From an uncultured Alphaproteobacteria bacterium (GTDB taxonomy: Bacteria; Pseudomonadota; Alphaproteobacteria; Rhizobiales; CAWCWK01): a DNA stretch of 64,000 nt. This document shows, piece by piece, positions 22,401 to 33,353 of this stretch. The translations under genes were made by a program, and so were the position numbers. The stretch lies in contig CAWJFE010000005.1 in assembly GCA_963842125.1 (NCBI GenBank), positions 1,230,910 through 1,294,909 of the forward strand. The letters are read 5' to 3'. Every line of letters starts with the position of its first letter. The stretch's first letter is position 1. Below the pieces are notes generated by a model. That model did not search any database, was not told the DNA's origin, and was given only the letters and a program-made list of their open reading frames with translations.

Positions 22401-22955
22401 ATGGGGCTCATCCGCAAGCTCGGCCTGACCACCTATGCGGAGTTCCGGGAGGACATCGAGGGTGGGGGCCGTGCGCATGTCCGGATGGCGGCCGTCGTTA
22501 CGGCCCGCCGCGAGGTTCGCACCAAGGCTGGCAAGCGGATGGGCATCTTCATGCTGTCCGACATGACTGGCCAGTACGAGGCCACGGCCTTTTCCGAGGC
22601 GCTCGTTCAATACGACCATCTCTTGCAGCAGGACGGCCGGCTCGTCGTCGAGATAGAGGGCGAGGACCGGCCGGAGGGCATGCGTGTCACCATCATCCGC
22701 GCGCAGCCGCTGGCCGAAGCGGCATCGAAGATCAAGCGGTCATACGCAATTGAGCTCGACGATGGCGCCGCCGCCATTCAGCTCGCGTCGCGCCTCGGTG
22801 CCGGCGGCGAATGCAGCCTCGACCTTTTCGTGCGGACGGGCGACGCCAAGCGCGTGAAGATCCGCCTCCCCAACGGTCACATGACGGCTTCGGCGGATAC
22901 GATCAGCGCGCTTCGCCACATGCGAGGCGTAGCGTCGGTCTCGGATATCCTCTAG
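19479..22955 (+). CDS. dnaE: DNA polymerase III alpha subunit
   Basis: PHP domain HLRVHSAYSL, PGRGSGAGS, RVSMPDFDIDF, YGFNKSHA; ATG 19479 preceded by GGAGG. Confidence 0.97.
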   Translation: MSRGAEQAFVHLRVHSAYSLSEGALKIDRLVGLAQADGQPAVALTDTNNLFGALEFSEKAKAKGVQPIVGLSLSLDVGDAPDRNGRPKPMPAIALLAANETGYRNLMALASYAYLSKADEEAPHSDWDTLRRHSEGVLALAGGPGGPLDTALRDGREDDASERLDTLLSIYGDSLWMELQRHSGAKHAKVEPWLVERAFARGIPIVATNQCYFPESADYEAHDALRCIANAEFVGDERRARLPETHHFRSRAEMAELFADLPEALEQTLEIAHQCSHRPLKRAPLLPRFTGGASADAEAAENAEAQALRDQAAAGLKERLRTRGLVAGKDRKEYEDRLAYELDVIENMKFPGYFLIVSDFIKWAKAQGIPVGPGRGSGAGSLVAYSLMITDLDPLQFDLLFERFLNPERVSMPDFDIDFCQERRDEVIAYVRDRYGHDQVAAIITFGTLQARAVLRDVGRVLEMPFRQVDGLCKLVPFVPTNPKTLQQSIDEEPRLKAERDRDPHVRRLMDIALKLEGLHRHASTHAAGVVIGDRPLHELVALFRDPRSPMPATQFNMKWVESAGLVKFDFLGLKTLTVVQHAVNLIQEKGDVAFDINAIPLDDPAAYKVMADAETTGVFQLESVGMRRALADMQPDRFEDIIAAVSLYRPGPMANIPTYCARKRGDEEVDVLHPKLKDILGPTYGIIVYQEQVMQIAQVLAGYSLAEADLLRRAMGKKIRAEMEAQRARFVEGAVARDVDAGQASMIFDLVAKFAEYGFNKSHAACYALIAYQTAWLKAHYPRELFCALMTYDQGNTDKLGEFVRDAKEKGIPIRPPCVNEGQGVFARWPESEPGRANGEPSIAYSLAAVKGVGENVVAEIVAARDGKRFESLSDFVGRMPAKVVNKRSMECLAAAGAFDGLEKNRRAILDGIEVLMREMNQSGAQDGGMFGELMVAAKVKLPSVEPFTLSQKLDREHSAVGFYVSGHPLDEDMGLIRKLGLTTYAEFREDIEGGGRAHVRMAAVVTARREVRTKAGKRMGIFMLSDMTGQYEATAFSEALVQYDHLLQQDGRLVVEIEGEDRPEGMRVTIIRAQPLAEAASKIKRSYAIELDDGAAAIQLASRLGAGGECSLDLFVRTGDAKRVKIRLPNGHMTASADTISALRHMRGVASVSDIL

Positions 22956-22967
22956 CGGGTCACAAAG

Positions 22968-22996
22968 CTTGCGGTCCGGTCGGTAAAGAGCTATGT
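22968..22996 (+). promoter_or_regulatory. Sigma70-type promoter for rpsB
   Basis: CTTGCG-N17-CTATGT resembles the rhizobial CTTGAC-N17-CTATAT consensus. Confidence 0.55.
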
Positions 22997-23029
22997 GACC
23001 GCCGCGTGAGCGAATCCTGTCTGGGTCGC

Positions 23030-23145
23030 TCCGCAAATCCACATGCGAGGAAACGGGCGCTTCGCCCATCCGGTCGCGGTGCTGCCTCAAGCATCGCGTT
23101 CCCTTCTCGCAGAGGCTCAACCGGTAAAGACGAGACATACATTCG
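23030..23145 (+). promoter_or_regulatory. rpsB (S2) autoregulatory leader, putative
   Basis: Long leader with CCACATGCG...CGCAGAGGCTCAACC, resembling S2 leader elements. Confidence 0.45.
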
Positions 23146-24300
23146 ATGGCAATGCCTGAATTTTCGATGCGCCAGCTTCTCGAGAGCGGCGTTCACTTCG
23201 GCCACCAGAAGCATCGCTGGAACCCGAAGATGAAGCCGTACATCTTTGGCGTCCGCAACAACGTCCACATTCTCGACCTCACGCAGACCGTGCCGCTTCT
23301 CAGCCGCGCGCTGACGGCGGTATCGGATGTCGTGGCGCGCGGTGGACGCGTGCTCTTCGTCGGCACCAAGCGCCAGGCACAGGAGCCGATCGCGGATGCC
23401 GCGAAGCGCTCGGCCCAGTACTTCGTCAACGCCCGCTGGCTCGGCGGCATGCTGACCAACTGGAAGACGATCAACGGCTCGATTACACAGCTCCGCAAGC
23501 TCGACGATCTTCTCAACTCGCCCGAGGCCAACTCGCTCACCAAGAAGGAGCGGCTGACGATCACGCGTAACCGCGACAAGCTGGAGCGGGCCATAGGCGG
23601 TATCAAGGACATGGGCGGCGTGCCCGATCTCCTCTTCATCATCGATACCAACAAGGAGCAGATCGCGATTCAGGAGGCCAAGCGCCTCGGCATCCCGATC
23701 GTTGCCGTCGTCGATACCAACACCGACCCGGAGGGTATCACCTACCCGATCCCGGGCAATGACGACGCCGGCCGTGCGATCGCGTTCTATTGCGACATGA
23801 TCTCGCGCGCCGCCATCGATGGTATCTCCCGCGCGACGTCCGACATGGGCATCGATGTCGGCGCCTCCGAGGATCTGGCGGAGGAGCTTCCCGCCGACGA
23901 GGATCTGGGCGGCGATCGTCCGGCCGGCGAGATCCTGCCGACCGGCGACGCCGGTGCTTTCGGCTTCGAGTATCTGACGGCCCCGCGCGGTGCGCCCGAC
24001 GACCTCAACGAGCTCGACGGCATGACGCCGCAGCTCTCCGAGGAACTGAACGAGATCGGTATCTTCCATTTCTGGCAGTTCGCCGGAATGAAGGATGGCG
24101 ATGTCTCCGACGTCGAAGGCAAGCTCTCCGTGAAGGGCAAGACCGAGGACTTCCGCTCCCAATCGCAGCTCAAGGTCGGCACCGAGGTCGAGCTGGCCAC
24201 GGGCCAGGGCCTCGACCCGAACGACATCCCGAGCCCGGGTCAGTATTCCGACATCGCGACCGTTTCCGGCTCCGAAGCTGGCGACGCACCGAAGTCGTAA
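23146..24300 (+). CDS. rpsB: 30S ribosomal protein S2 with C-terminal HhH-like extension
   Basis: [26 protein letters not shown]. Confidence 0.98.
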   Translation: MAMPEFSMRQLLESGVHFGHQKHRWNPKMKPYIFGVRNNVHILDLTQTVPLLSRALTAVSDVVARGGRVLFVGTKRQAQEPIADAAKRSAQYFVNARWLGGMLTNWKTINGSITQLRKLDDLLNSPEANSLTKKERLTITRNRDKLERAIGGIKDMGGVPDLLFIIDTNKEQIAIQEAKRLGIPIVAVVDTNTDPEGITYPIPGNDDAGRAIAFYCDMISRAAIDGISRATSDMGIDVGASEDLAEELPADEDLGGDRPAGEILPTGDAGAFGFEYLTAPRGAPDDLNELDGMTPQLSEELNEIGIFHFWQFAGMKDGDVSDVEGKLSVKGKTEDFRSQSQLKVGTEVELATGQGLDPNDIPSPGQYSDIATVSGSEAGDAPKS

Positions 24301-24344
24301 AGGCGGCGGTGCAGCGCGCACCCCACCCGTTTCACCTTCGAGCG

Positions 24345-24369
24345 AACGGGGCCTTCTGGCCCCGTTTTC
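24345..24369 (+). terminator. Hairpin/terminator between rpsB and tsf
   Basis: AACGGGGCC-TTCT-GGCCCCGTT followed by TTC. Confidence 0.6.
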
Positions 24370-24443
24370 GCTAGCCACACCATATCCCTGTCACACATCG
24401 GGCCGACCTGTTCGGCCCATCAGAGAACCCAAGCGAGGACCCA

Positions 24444-25373
24444 ATGGCCACGATCACTGCCGCCATGGTGAAAGAGCTGCGCGAGACGACCGGCGCTGGC
24501 ATGATGGATTGCAAGACCGCACTCAAGGAGACCGACGGCGACATGGACGCCGCGCTCGACTGGCTGCGCGCCAAGGGCATCGCCAAGGCTGGCAAGAAGG
24601 CCGGCCGCACGGCCGCCGAGGGCCTGGTCGGCGTGGAGAGCGCCGGCAAGCACGCCGCGATGGTGGAGGTGAACTCCGAGACCGACTTCGTCTCCCGCAA
24701 TCCCGAGTTCCAGGCGTTCGTCCGCGAGGTCACCAAGACCGCGATCAACACCGACGGTTCGGCCGATGCGATCACCGCTGCGCACTTCCCCGGTGACACG
24801 CAGACCATCGGCGACAAGCTGCAGGCTCTCGTGGCGACCATCGGCGAGAACATGTCGGTCCGGCGGGGCGTCACGCTCGAGGTCGGCAAGGGTGTTGTCG
24901 CGTCCTACGTCCACAACGCGGTCTCGGAAGGCCTCGGCCGCATCGGCGTGCTCGTTGCGCTGGAGTCGGAGGGCGACGTCGACAAGCTGATGCAGCTTGG
25001 CAAGCAGGTCGCGATGCATGTCGCCGCCGCGCAGCCGGTCGCGTTGACGATCGAGGACGTCGACCCGGCGCTCGTGGAGCGTGAGCGGGCCGTATTCACC
25101 GAGCAGGCGCGCGAGTCGGGCAAGCCGGACAACATCATCGAGAAGATGGTGGAGGGCCGCATTCGCAAGTTCTACGAAGAGTCGGTGCTGACCAAGCAGA
25201 CCTTCGTCGTTGACGGCGAAACGCCCGTCGAGAAGTACATCGCGAACTCCGAGGGCGACATCGGCGCTCCGATCACGCTCAAGGCGTTCGAGCGCTTTGT
25301 GATCGGCGAAGGCATCGAGAAGGAAGAGACCGACTTCGCTGCCGAGGTTGCCGCCACCGCCGGCAAGGGCTAA
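24444..25373 (+). CDS. tsf: Elongation factor Ts
   Basis: [25 protein letters not shown]. Confidence 0.98.
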   Translation: MATITAAMVKELRETTGAGMMDCKTALKETDGDMDAALDWLRAKGIAKAGKKAGRTAAEGLVGVESAGKHAAMVEVNSETDFVSRNPEFQAFVREVTKTAINTDGSADAITAAHFPGDTQTIGDKLQALVATIGENMSVRRGVTLEVGKGVVASYVHNAVSEGLGRIGVLVALESEGDVDKLMQLGKQVAMHVAAAQPVALTIEDVDPALVERERAVFTEQARESGKPDNIIEKMVEGRIRKFYEESVLTKQTFVVDGETPVEKYIANSEGDIGAPITLKAFERFVIGEGIEKEETDFAAEVAATAGKG

Positions 25374-25445
25374 GTCCCCGCCCGGCTGGGGCGCGCGAAC
25401 CGCTCCGCCGGCTTCGGTCGGCGGGCGGGCGAGGGGACGACTACG

Positions 25446-26159
25446 ATGACTTTGAAGTACACGCGGGTCCTGCTGAAGATATCCGGCGAAGCCTTGATGG
25501 GCCCCGAAGCGTTCGGTCATCACAAACCCACCGTCGATGGCATCATCGACGACATCGTCGAGGCCCATGTCGCCGGCGCCCAGGTCGCGCTCGTCGTCGG
25601 AGCCGGCAACTATATGCGAGGTTCGGCACTGGCCGACAGCGGAATCGACCGCGTCAGCGCCGACCATATGGGCATGCTCGCGATCGTCATAAACGGCATC
25701 GCACTCGCCGGCGCGCTCCGCGACCGGGGCATAGATGCGCGCGTGATGTCGGCGTTCCCGATCCAGGGCATATGCGAGACCTACAGTCGCGCGAAGGCCG
25801 TACACCACCTGGGTGTTGGCCGTGTGACGATCTTCGTCGCCGGGATCGGTCAGCCCTTCTTCACGACCGACACGACGGCGGCGCTCCGCGCGGCGGAGAT
25901 CGGCGCCGACGTCATCCTCAAGGGCACGCAGGTGGACGGCGTCTACTCGGCCGACCCCAACAAGGACCCGAGCGCGACACGTTACGAGACCGTCACCTTC
26001 AACGAGGCGATCGCGAAAGACCTCAAGGTGATGGACACCGCCGCCTTCGCTCTCGCGCGCGATTCCAACACACCCATCGTCGTCTATTCGCTGCAGGATA
26101 GCGGCGGCCTCATCGCCGTCTTGAGCGGCGAGGGACGATGCACGACGGTGACGAACTGA
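25446..26159 (+). CDS. pyrH: Uridylate kinase
   Basis: [35 protein letters not shown]. Confidence 0.96.
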   Translation: MTLKYTRVLLKISGEALMGPEAFGHHKPTVDGIIDDIVEAHVAGAQVALVVGAGNYMRGSALADSGIDRVSADHMGMLAIVINGIALAGALRDRGIDARVMSAFPIQGICETYSRAKAVHHLGVGRVTIFVAGIGQPFFTTDTTAALRAAEIGADVILKGTQVDGVYSADPNKDPSATRYETVTFNEAIAKDLKVMDTAAFALARDSNTPIVVYSLQDSGGLIAVLSGEGRCTTVTN

Positions 26160-26265
26160 ACGGGTTCGATTGACGGGTCCGGCCTCACACGACATACACC
26201 GAAGCCACACGAACCGACTCTTCGCGCGCGCATCGCCGTGCGCCGACCGTACTGACGGGGCCGCA

Positions 26266-26820
26266 ATGGACGACCTTCTCGACCTTTCAGACTACCGCCG
26301 CCGCATGGATGGCGCGGTGTCGAACCTCAAGACGGAGTTGGCGAGCTTGCGCTCCGGCCGCGCCTCTTCGAGCATGTTGGAGCCGGTGCAGGTCGACGCC
26401 TACGGCTCCAAGATGCCGCTCAACCAGGTCGCGACCGTCTCGGTGCCCGAGCCGCGCATGATCTCCGTGCAAGTCTGGGACAAGTCGATGACCCCGGCCG
26501 TCGAGAAGGCGATCCGCGAGTCGAGCCTGGGTCTCAACCCGATCACCGAGGGTACGATGCTGCGCATCCCGATTCCCGAGTTGAACGAGGAGCGGCGCCT
26601 TCAGATGGTCAAGGCAGCGAACAAGTATGCCGAGGCGGCGCGCGTGTCCGTCCGTCAGGTTCGCCGGTCGGGCATGGACGATATCAAAAAGTTGCAGAAG
26701 GAGGTCAGCGAGGACGATACCCGCACGCTGAACGATCGCCTTCAAAAGGAGACGGACGCCGTCATCAAGGAGATCGACGAGACGTTCGCGGCGAAGGAAG
26801 CCGAGATTACGACAGTCTAG
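26266..26820 (+). CDS. frr: Ribosome recycling factor
   Basis: [30 protein letters not shown]; start placed at ATG 26266. Confidence 0.96.
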   Translation: MDDLLDLSDYRRRMDGAVSNLKTELASLRSGRASSSMLEPVQVDAYGSKMPLNQVATVSVPEPRMISVQVWDKSMTPAVEKAIRESSLGLNPITEGTMLRIPIPELNEERRLQMVKAANKYAEAARVSVRQVRRSGMDDIKKLQKEVSEDDTRTLNDRLQKETDAVIKEIDETFAAKEAEITTV

Positions 26821-26844
26821 GCACCGGAGTAACGGACCGACACC

Positions 26845-27597
26845 TTGGCGACCCCCACGAACGATTGCGCCGACGGGCGCTCCGTCACTCCCAGACATGT
26901 CGCCATCATCATGGATGGCAACGGGCGCTGGGCGCGTGAGCGCGGGCTGCCACGGGGCGTCGGCCACCGCCGGGGCGTCGAGACGCTGCGGCGGATCGTG
27001 AAGGACGCGGCCGAGCTTGGCCTCACCTGCCTCACGCTCTACAGCTTCAGCTCCGAGAACTGGAAACGCCCCGCCGACGAGGTCAACGATCTTCTCGGAC
27101 TCCTCCGGCGGTTCATCCGCAAGGACCTCGTCGAGCTCCATGAAAACAATCTCCGAGTCCGCGTCATCGGCTCACGCTCGAACCTGCCTGCGGATATCGA
27201 GCGGATGATCGCCGAGGCCGAGCGGCTGACCGCGGAGAACACAGGCATGACGGTCGCGATCGCGTTCAACTACGGCTCTCAGGACGAGATATCGAGGGCA
27301 GCCAGACTCTTAGCGGAGGACGTTCGTGTCGGATCTCTGGACGTGACGGCGATCGATACCCAGACCCTCGCAGGTAGGCTCGACACGAGAGACCTGCCCG
27401 ACCTCGATCTGCTCATCCGGACAGGTGGCGAGTATCGGCTGAGCAATTTTCTGTTATGGCAGGCGGCCTATGCCGAACTTGTCTTCTCGCCGACCTACTG
27501 GCCCGCCTTCACACGACACGATCTTGAAGAGGCGATTGCGGTCTTCGCGTCCCGCCAGCGCCGATTTGGCGGTCTTGCGGCAGAGGCGACCGGATGA
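26845..27597 (+). CDS. uppS: Undecaprenyl diphosphate synthase
   Basis: [39 protein letters not shown]. Confidence 0.96.
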   Translation: MATPTNDCADGRSVTPRHVAIIMDGNGRWARERGLPRGVGHRRGVETLRRIVKDAAELGLTCLTLYSFSSENWKRPADEVNDLLGLLRRFIRKDLVELHENNLRVRVIGSRSNLPADIERMIAEAERLTAENTGMTVAIAFNYGSQDEISRAARLLAEDVRVGSLDVTAIDTQTLAGRLDTRDLPDLDLLIRTGGEYRLSNFLLWQAAYAELVFSPTYWPAFTRHDLEEAIAVFASRQRRFGGLAAEATG

Positions 27598-28443
27598 GCG
27601 CACCATCGACGCCCGATAGCGGCGGAGAACGCCGCCGAGAGCTGAAACGGCGGGTTCTGGCAGCGCTCGCGCTCGCGCCGATCGCGCTGCTGGCTGCGTG
27701 GTTCGGCGGCGCTTCGTTCATCGTCCTTCTATTCCTATGTTCCGCCATCGTCTTCCTTGAATGGCGGCGGATCGTCGGTGAAACGCGCTGGACGCTACCC
27801 TCCTATAGTCCCGTCGGTGGCGCTGACCGGGACGGCGGCCGCGCTCCTCTTCTTCGATGCCACGATTGCCTGGATCGTTCTCGCTATCGGCGTCGTCGGA
27901 TCGGCCGTGTCCTCCTATACGAGCGGTCGAGGGCCGTGGCTGGCTATCGGACTGTTCTACGCGGGCGCCTTTCTGCTGACCGTCGCAGCGGTGCGGGGTG
28001 ACGGCGCACTGGGTGCGATCGCGATGTTCTGGCTTCTCATCACCGTCTGGGCCGCCGATAGCAGCGCCTATTTCGTCGGGCGCAAGGTCGGCGGACCGAA
28101 GCTCTGGCCGCGCGTTTCGCCGAGCAAGACGTGGTCGGGCGCGTTCGGCGGCCTTGCAGGCGCTCTCGTCGTAGGCGTCCTGTTCGTGCTGTTGACGCCC
28201 GCGACCGGCTTCTTCGCTTTCGTCGCGTTCACCGGCCTCGTAGCGATCGCGTCGATGGCGGGCGACCTACTCGAATCGTCGATCAAGCGGCGTTTCGACG
28301 TGAAGGATGCGAGCCGCCTCATTCCCGGTCACGGCGGTCTGATGGATCGCGTCGACAGTCTGGTCGCTGCCGCCGCCGTTTGCGCGCTCGTCGCTCTCGC
28401 GAGGAATCCCGACGACGTACCGAGCGCGCTTCTCCTCTGGTAG
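27594..28443 (+). CDS. cdsA: Phosphatidate cytidylyltransferase, interrupted by a +1 frameshift near 27800
   Basis: N-terminal ELKRRVLAA...EW in one frame; [25 protein letters not shown] and [11 protein letters not shown] in the next frame. Confidence 0.9.
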
Positions 28444-28525
28444 GGAAAGCTCTCTCGTCCCGCCTGCGGACCGCTTCCAGCCACATTCAGCGCTAGTGTC
28501 GGACTCCTGACGACAGAGGACGGGC

Positions 28526-29674
28526 ATGGATTCGCTGCTGAACATTGGCTCCGGCGTGATAGCGCTCGGCTCCTATCTGGTGCCGTTCATTTTCGTCATT
28601 CTTGTCGTCGTCTTCTTTCATGAACTCGGCCACTTCCTCGTGGCACGGTGGAACGGGGTGAAGGTCGAGGCCTTCTCGGTCGGTTTCGGACCTGAGATTT
28701 TCGGGTTCAATGATCGGCACGGCACGCGCTGGAAGCTCTCGTGGATTCCGCTCGGAGGCTATGTTCGCTTCTTCGGCGACGAGAACGTTGCGAGCGTACC
28801 CGATCATGACGCCGTCTCGCGCATGGACGACAACGCTCGCTCGATGAGCTTTCCGGCCAAGCGGGTCGGGCAGCGCGCGGCCGTGGTCGCGGCTGGGCCA
28901 ATCGCGAATTTTCTCCTCGCCATCGTGATCTTCGCGACGATCTTCACCGTCTTCGGAAGGACACAGACGACAGCGCGCGTCGACGCCGTGACAGAAGGCA
29001 GCGCCGCCGAGGCCGCAGGCTTCGAGAGCGGTGATCTCGTGCTGTCGATCGCCGGCCAGGACATCGAGTCGTTCAGCGACCTGCAACGTATCGTGACCGC
29101 GAGTGCGGACCGGGAACTTGCAATCGTCGTCAAACGCGATGGGCGTGACATCGAACTCACCGCCATTCCACGCCGCCAGGAGGTGACCGACCGCTTCGGC
29201 AACACGCACCGGGTGGGCATTCTCGGCCTGCAACGTACGCGCGGGGAGGGTGAGGAGATCGAGGTCGTCCGCTATGACCCGTTCACCGCGACGTGGATGG
29301 GTGTCGAGGAGACGGCCTTCGTCGTCACGCGCACGCTGACATACCTGAAGGACGTCATCGTCGGGCGCGAGGCGGCCGACCAGCTGAGCGGCCCCATTCG
29401 GATCGCGCAAGTCTCCGGTCAGGTCGCCACGGTAGGTTTCGTTGCGCTCATGAATCTCGCGGCGATACTATCGGTAAGCATAGGTTTGGTTAACCTCTTT
29501 CCCATTCCGATGCTCGACGGTGGCCATTTACTGTATTATGCAATTGAAGCAATTCGAGGAAAACCCTTAAGTGCTCGTGCACAAGAGTTTGGGTTCAGAA
29601 TAGGACTTGCAGTTGTCTTGCTGTTAATGATGTTCGCGACTTGGAACGACCTCTCCAATCTTGACATCATTTGA
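28526..29674 (+). CDS. rseP: RIP metalloprotease RseP
   Basis: HELGH, PLGGYV, PDZ domain, NLFPIPMLDGG. Confidence 0.96.
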   Translation: MDSLLNIGSGVIALGSYLVPFIFVILVVVFFHELGHFLVARWNGVKVEAFSVGFGPEIFGFNDRHGTRWKLSWIPLGGYVRFFGDENVASVPDHDAVSRMDDNARSMSFPAKRVGQRAAVVAAGPIANFLLAIVIFATIFTVFGRTQTTARVDAVTEGSAAEAAGFESGDLVLSIAGQDIESFSDLQRIVTASADRELAIVVKRDGRDIELTAIPRRQEVTDRFGNTHRVGILGLQRTRGEGEEIEVVRYDPFTATWMGVEETAFVVTRTLTYLKDVIVGREAADQLSGPIRIAQVSGQVATVGFVALMNLAAILSVSIGLVNLFPIPMLDGGHLLYYAIEAIRGKPLSARAQEFGFRIGLAVVLLLMMFATWNDLSNLDII

Positions 29675-29834
29675 GGAGTGGCCGTTCAGCAACGGTTATT
29701 CCTTGCGTCGGCTGAACGAGCCGGCAGCAATTGCCTAGTGGCCGGTGGCGGCTAAAACGACGGAAGACGATGAGTCGGGGGGCTTTTCGTTTTCATGAAG
29801 TCCGGGGGTCATCTTGAAGATGGGGACGGGTAGG

Positions 29835-32252
29835 ATGCGTAAGAAGATCATCGGTCGATCGAGCCGGGCCGCGCTGCGATCCAGCGCACTGGTTCTGGCG
29901 CTGATGGCGTCCACGAGCATCGCGAGCGCGCAGGGCGTGAGTCGCATCGTCGTGGAGGGTAACCAACGCGTCGAAGCGGAGACCGTCCGCTCGTACCTCA
30001 CCGTCTCCCCTGGCCAAGCCGCCACGGCGGGCCGGCTGGACGATTCGCTGAAGGCGCTCTTCGCGACCGGCCTGTTCGAAGATGTCGAGCTTACCCGTCG
30101 TGGTGGCGCTCTCGTCGTCCGCGTGGTTGAGAACCCGGTCATCAACGCCATCAACTTCGAGGGCAACCGCCGCATCAAAGACGATGCGCTGGAGGCCGCC
30201 GTCGAGTCGCGCTCGCAGGGCGTGCTATCTCGCTCGCAGGTCCAGGCCGATGTGCAGGACGTGCTCGAGCTCTATCGCCGCCGTGGCCGGTTCAACGCGA
30301 CCGTCACGCCCGAAATCATCCCCGTCGGCAACAACCGCGTCAACCTCGCCTTCGTCGTCACCGAAGGCCGCAAGGTCGGCGTGAAGCGCATCAACTTCAT
30401 CGGCAACGAGCGCTATGGCGACGGCACGCTGCGCTCCAAGCTGCTCACGACCGAGTCCAATCTTCTCAGCTTCTTGAAGTCCAGCGACGTCTACGATCCG
30501 GACCGCTTCAATGCCGACCAGGAACGTCTGCGCCGCTTCTACCTGAAGAATGGCTATGCCGACTTCCGCATCGTTTCGGCGGTAGCCGACTACGACGCGT
30601 CGGATGAGGCGTTCTTCATCACCTACACGATCGACGAGGGTGACAAGTACACCGTCAGCGAAGTCGGTATCGAGTCGAACATCGTCGATCTCGACGGTGA
30701 GGATCTGCGTCGCGAAGTCCGCACCGATGCCGGTGACCGCTACAATGCCGAGGACGTCGAGAAGACGCTCGAGGACATGACGCTGGCCGTCGCTGAAAAG
30801 GGCTATGCGTTCGCTCGGGTCCGCCCTCGCGGCTTCCGCGATCCCGACACCGACGAGGTTCAGCTGACCTACGTCGTCGAGGAAGGTCCCCGGGTCTACG
30901 TCGAGCGCATCAACATCGTCGGTAACACGCGCACGCAGGACTTCGTCATCCGCCGCGAGTTCGATCTCGCCGAGGGCGATGCCTACAATCGCGTACTCGT
31001 CGACCGCGCCCAGCGCCGGCTCGAGAATCTGAAATACTTCAAGCGCGTCCGCATCGCGAACGAGCAGGGCTCAGCGCCTGACAAGATCGTCCTCAATGTC
31101 TTCATCGAAGAGGACTCGACGGGCAACCTTGGTCTCGGCGGCGGCTGGTCCTCGGGTGACGGCTTCGTCGTCGACGCCTCGCTGACGGAGCGGAACTTCC
31201 TGGGTCGCGGTCAGCAGATCAAGATCGGCGGTTCGCTCGGCGAAGAACGCCAGTCGATCGACTTCTCGTTCACCGAGCCCTATTTCCTCGGTCGCAAGAT
31301 TTCGGCCGGCTTCGACCTCTTCTATCGGCAGCAGGAACTGCAGGACGTCTCGTCCTACAACTACGATCTCATCGGCGGCGGCCTGCGCTTCGGCCTGCCG
31401 ATTACGGAAGAGATCGGGCTGCAGCTTCGCTATCGCCTGTCGCAGATCGAGATCAAGGACGTCCCGTCGACGGCGTCGCCGATCATTCTGCAGTATGCGG
31501 ACGAGAGCTTCCTGTCCTCCTCGGTCGGCTACTCGCTGGTCTACAACAGCCTCGATAGCACGGTGAACCCGCGCAACGGCCTCTACCTGAGCTTTGGACA
31601 AGACATCTCCGGCCTAGGCGGCGATGTGAACCTCATCAGTTCGGCGGCCGATCTTCGTGGCTACTATGAGGTCTATCCGGACATCATCGGCTTCCTGAAG
31701 CTGACGGGCGGCCACGTGGCCGGGTTCGGCGATCAGGAGGTCCGCACCTTCGACGGCTTCACAAAGGGCGGCGAGACCGTTCGCGGATTCAAGACGGGTG
31801 GCATCAGCCCCCGCTCCGTCTCCTATACGACGGGCGCGCCGAATGGCGTCACCGGCAACGCGGTCGGTGCGACAGGCTTTCTCGCCGCGACCGCCGAGGT
31901 CCAGTTCCCGCTCGGACCGCTCACGAGGACGATCGGCCTGCGCGGTGCACTCTTCGCCGATGCCGGTACGACGTTCGGCAATATCGACGTTCCGGAGTGC
32001 TTCGACACCGTCAACCGTGTCGAGGTCAAGAACACCGGTCGTGCGGCCTGTATCGCGAAGCCGGGTGCGCTCGGGCAGTTCGTGGCGACGGATGTCATCG
32101 GTACCGATGCCGCTCTGCGGGCATCGGTCGGCGGCAGCCTTCTCTGGGAGTCGCCCTTCGGTCCGCTCCGCGTCGATGTCGCCTATCCGCTTGCGGAAGA
32201 GGACTTCGACGAGACCCAGCTCGTTCGTTTCGGCGCCTACCGCGCGTTCTAG
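29835..32252 (+). CDS. bamA: Outer membrane protein assembly factor BamA
   Basis: Signal peptide, POTRA repeats ([22 protein letters not shown]), VRGF motif, terminal F; start could be 29814-29835. Confidence 0.96.
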   Translation: MRKKIIGRSSRAALRSSALVLALMASTSIASAQGVSRIVVEGNQRVEAETVRSYLTVSPGQAATAGRLDDSLKALFATGLFEDVELTRRGGALVVRVVENPVINAINFEGNRRIKDDALEAAVESRSQGVLSRSQVQADVQDVLELYRRRGRFNATVTPEIIPVGNNRVNLAFVVTEGRKVGVKRINFIGNERYGDGTLRSKLLTTESNLLSFLKSSDVYDPDRFNADQERLRRFYLKNGYADFRIVSAVADYDASDEAFFITYTIDEGDKYTVSEVGIESNIVDLDGEDLRREVRTDAGDRYNAEDVEKTLEDMTLAVAEKGYAFARVRPRGFRDPDTDEVQLTYVVEEGPRVYVERINIVGNTRTQDFVIRREFDLAEGDAYNRVLVDRAQRRLENLKYFKRVRIANEQGSAPDKIVLNVFIEEDSTGNLGLGGGWSSGDGFVVDASLTERNFLGRGQQIKIGGSLGEERQSIDFSFTEPYFLGRKISAGFDLFYRQQELQDVSSYNYDLIGGGLRFGLPITEEIGLQLRYRLSQIEIKDVPSTASPIILQYADESFLSSSVGYSLVYNSLDSTVNPRNGLYLSFGQDISGLGGDVNLISSAADLRGYYEVYPDIIGFLKLTGGHVAGFGDQEVRTFDGFTKGGETVRGFKTGGISPRSVSYTTGAPNGVTGNAVGATGFLAATAEVQFPLGPLTRTIGLRGALFADAGTTFGNIDVPECFDTVNRVEVKNTGRAACIAKPGALGQFVATDVIGTDAALRASVGGSLLWESPFGPLRVDVAYPLAEEDFDETQLVRFGAYRAF

Positions 32253-32268
32253 TCCAAGTGCGCACGGT

Positions 32269-33342
32269 ATGACCGTATTCGACAAGGCCTCGGTCTCGCG
32301 CTTCCTGTCGCCGCCGCCGTCGATCAGTCTGGCCGAACTGGCTGCGCTGACCGGCGCGACGGTCGATGCCGACATGGAACGCCTGGTCGTCGGCCGCATC
32401 GCGACATTGACGGACGCCGGACCGGCCGACGTCGCGTTCTTCGATAACCCGTCCTATCTCGACGCCTTCCTAGCAACAAAGGCGGGCGCGTGCTTCTGCA
32501 ACGCACGCAACGCCGCGCGTATCCCGGACGGGTGTGTGGCGCTGATCGCGGCTCAGCCCTATCGCGCTTTCGCGAAAGCCGGCGCCTATTTCTATCCCGA
32601 AGCCATGCGACCGCGCGCGAACGCTACGGCCGACCGCAGCGACGTTTTCGTGTCCGACTCGGCGAGAATCGAGGAAGACGTCGCGTTGGAGCCCGGGGCG
32701 ATCGTCTCAGACCGTGCCGAGATCGGCCGCGGCACGCGGGTCGGCGCCGGCGCCGTGATCGGATATGGCGTCACGATCGGGCGCGATTGCTCGATCGGTC
32801 CGAACGCCGTGCTTCAGTCAGCTCATATCGGCAACGGCGTCATCGTTCATCCGAACGTCACCATCGGGTCGGACGGCTTCGGCTTCGCAATGGGGCTCGA
32901 AGGTCATCTGAAGGTGCCGCAGGTCGGCCGCGTCATCGTACAAGACGACGTAGAGATCGGCGCGGGTACGACGATCGACCGGGGCGCCCTTGGTGACACG
33001 GTCATCGGAGAGGGCACCAAGATCGATAACCTCGTCCAGATCGGCCACAACGTCGAGATCGGCCGCAACTGCGTCATCGTCTCGCAGGTCGGCATCTCCG
33101 GTAGCGCGAAACTGGGCGACTATGTCGCCATTGGCGGCAAGACCGGGATAAATGGGCACGTTACCATCGGTGATGGGGCGCAGGTCGCCGCTGTCAGTAG
33201 CGTACATGGCGACGTTCCGGCGCAGGCGCGCTATGGCGGCACACCCGCTCGGCCGGTGCGCGAATGGTTCAAGCAGATCGCCGCGCTGGACCGCCTCGCC
33301 AAGCGTGATAACAAGGCGGCGAAGACCAGTAGCACGGATTAA
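32269..33342 (+). CDS. lpxD: UDP-3-O-(3-hydroxyacyl)glucosamine N-acyltransferase
   Basis: Hexapeptide repeats, [27 protein letters not shown]. Confidence 0.96.
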   Translation: MTVFDKASVSRFLSPPPSISLAELAALTGATVDADMERLVVGRIATLTDAGPADVAFFDNPSYLDAFLATKAGACFCNARNAARIPDGCVALIAAQPYRAFAKAGAYFYPEAMRPRANATADRSDVFVSDSARIEEDVALEPGAIVSDRAEIGRGTRVGAGAVIGYGVTIGRDCSIGPNAVLQSAHIGNGVIVHPNVTIGSDGFGFAMGLEGHLKVPQVGRVIVQDDVEIGAGTTIDRGALGDTVIGEGTKIDNLVQIGHNVEIGRNCVIVSQVGISGSAKLGDYVAIGGKTGINGHVTIGDGAQVAAVSSVHGDVPAQARYGGTPARPVREWFKQIAALDRLAKRDNKAAKTSSTD

Positions 33343-33353
33343 GGACCCCCCCT

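Noticed and set aside
31798-32268. Apparent long N-terminal extensions in the ORF track (lpxD, queA, gltA, frr, dnaE, pdhA)
   Set aside because: Artefacts of picking the most upstream start; homology and RBS-like sequences begin at downstream starts.
32252-32269. No skp/ompH between bamA and lpxD
   Set aside because: A common arrangement in Rhizobiales.
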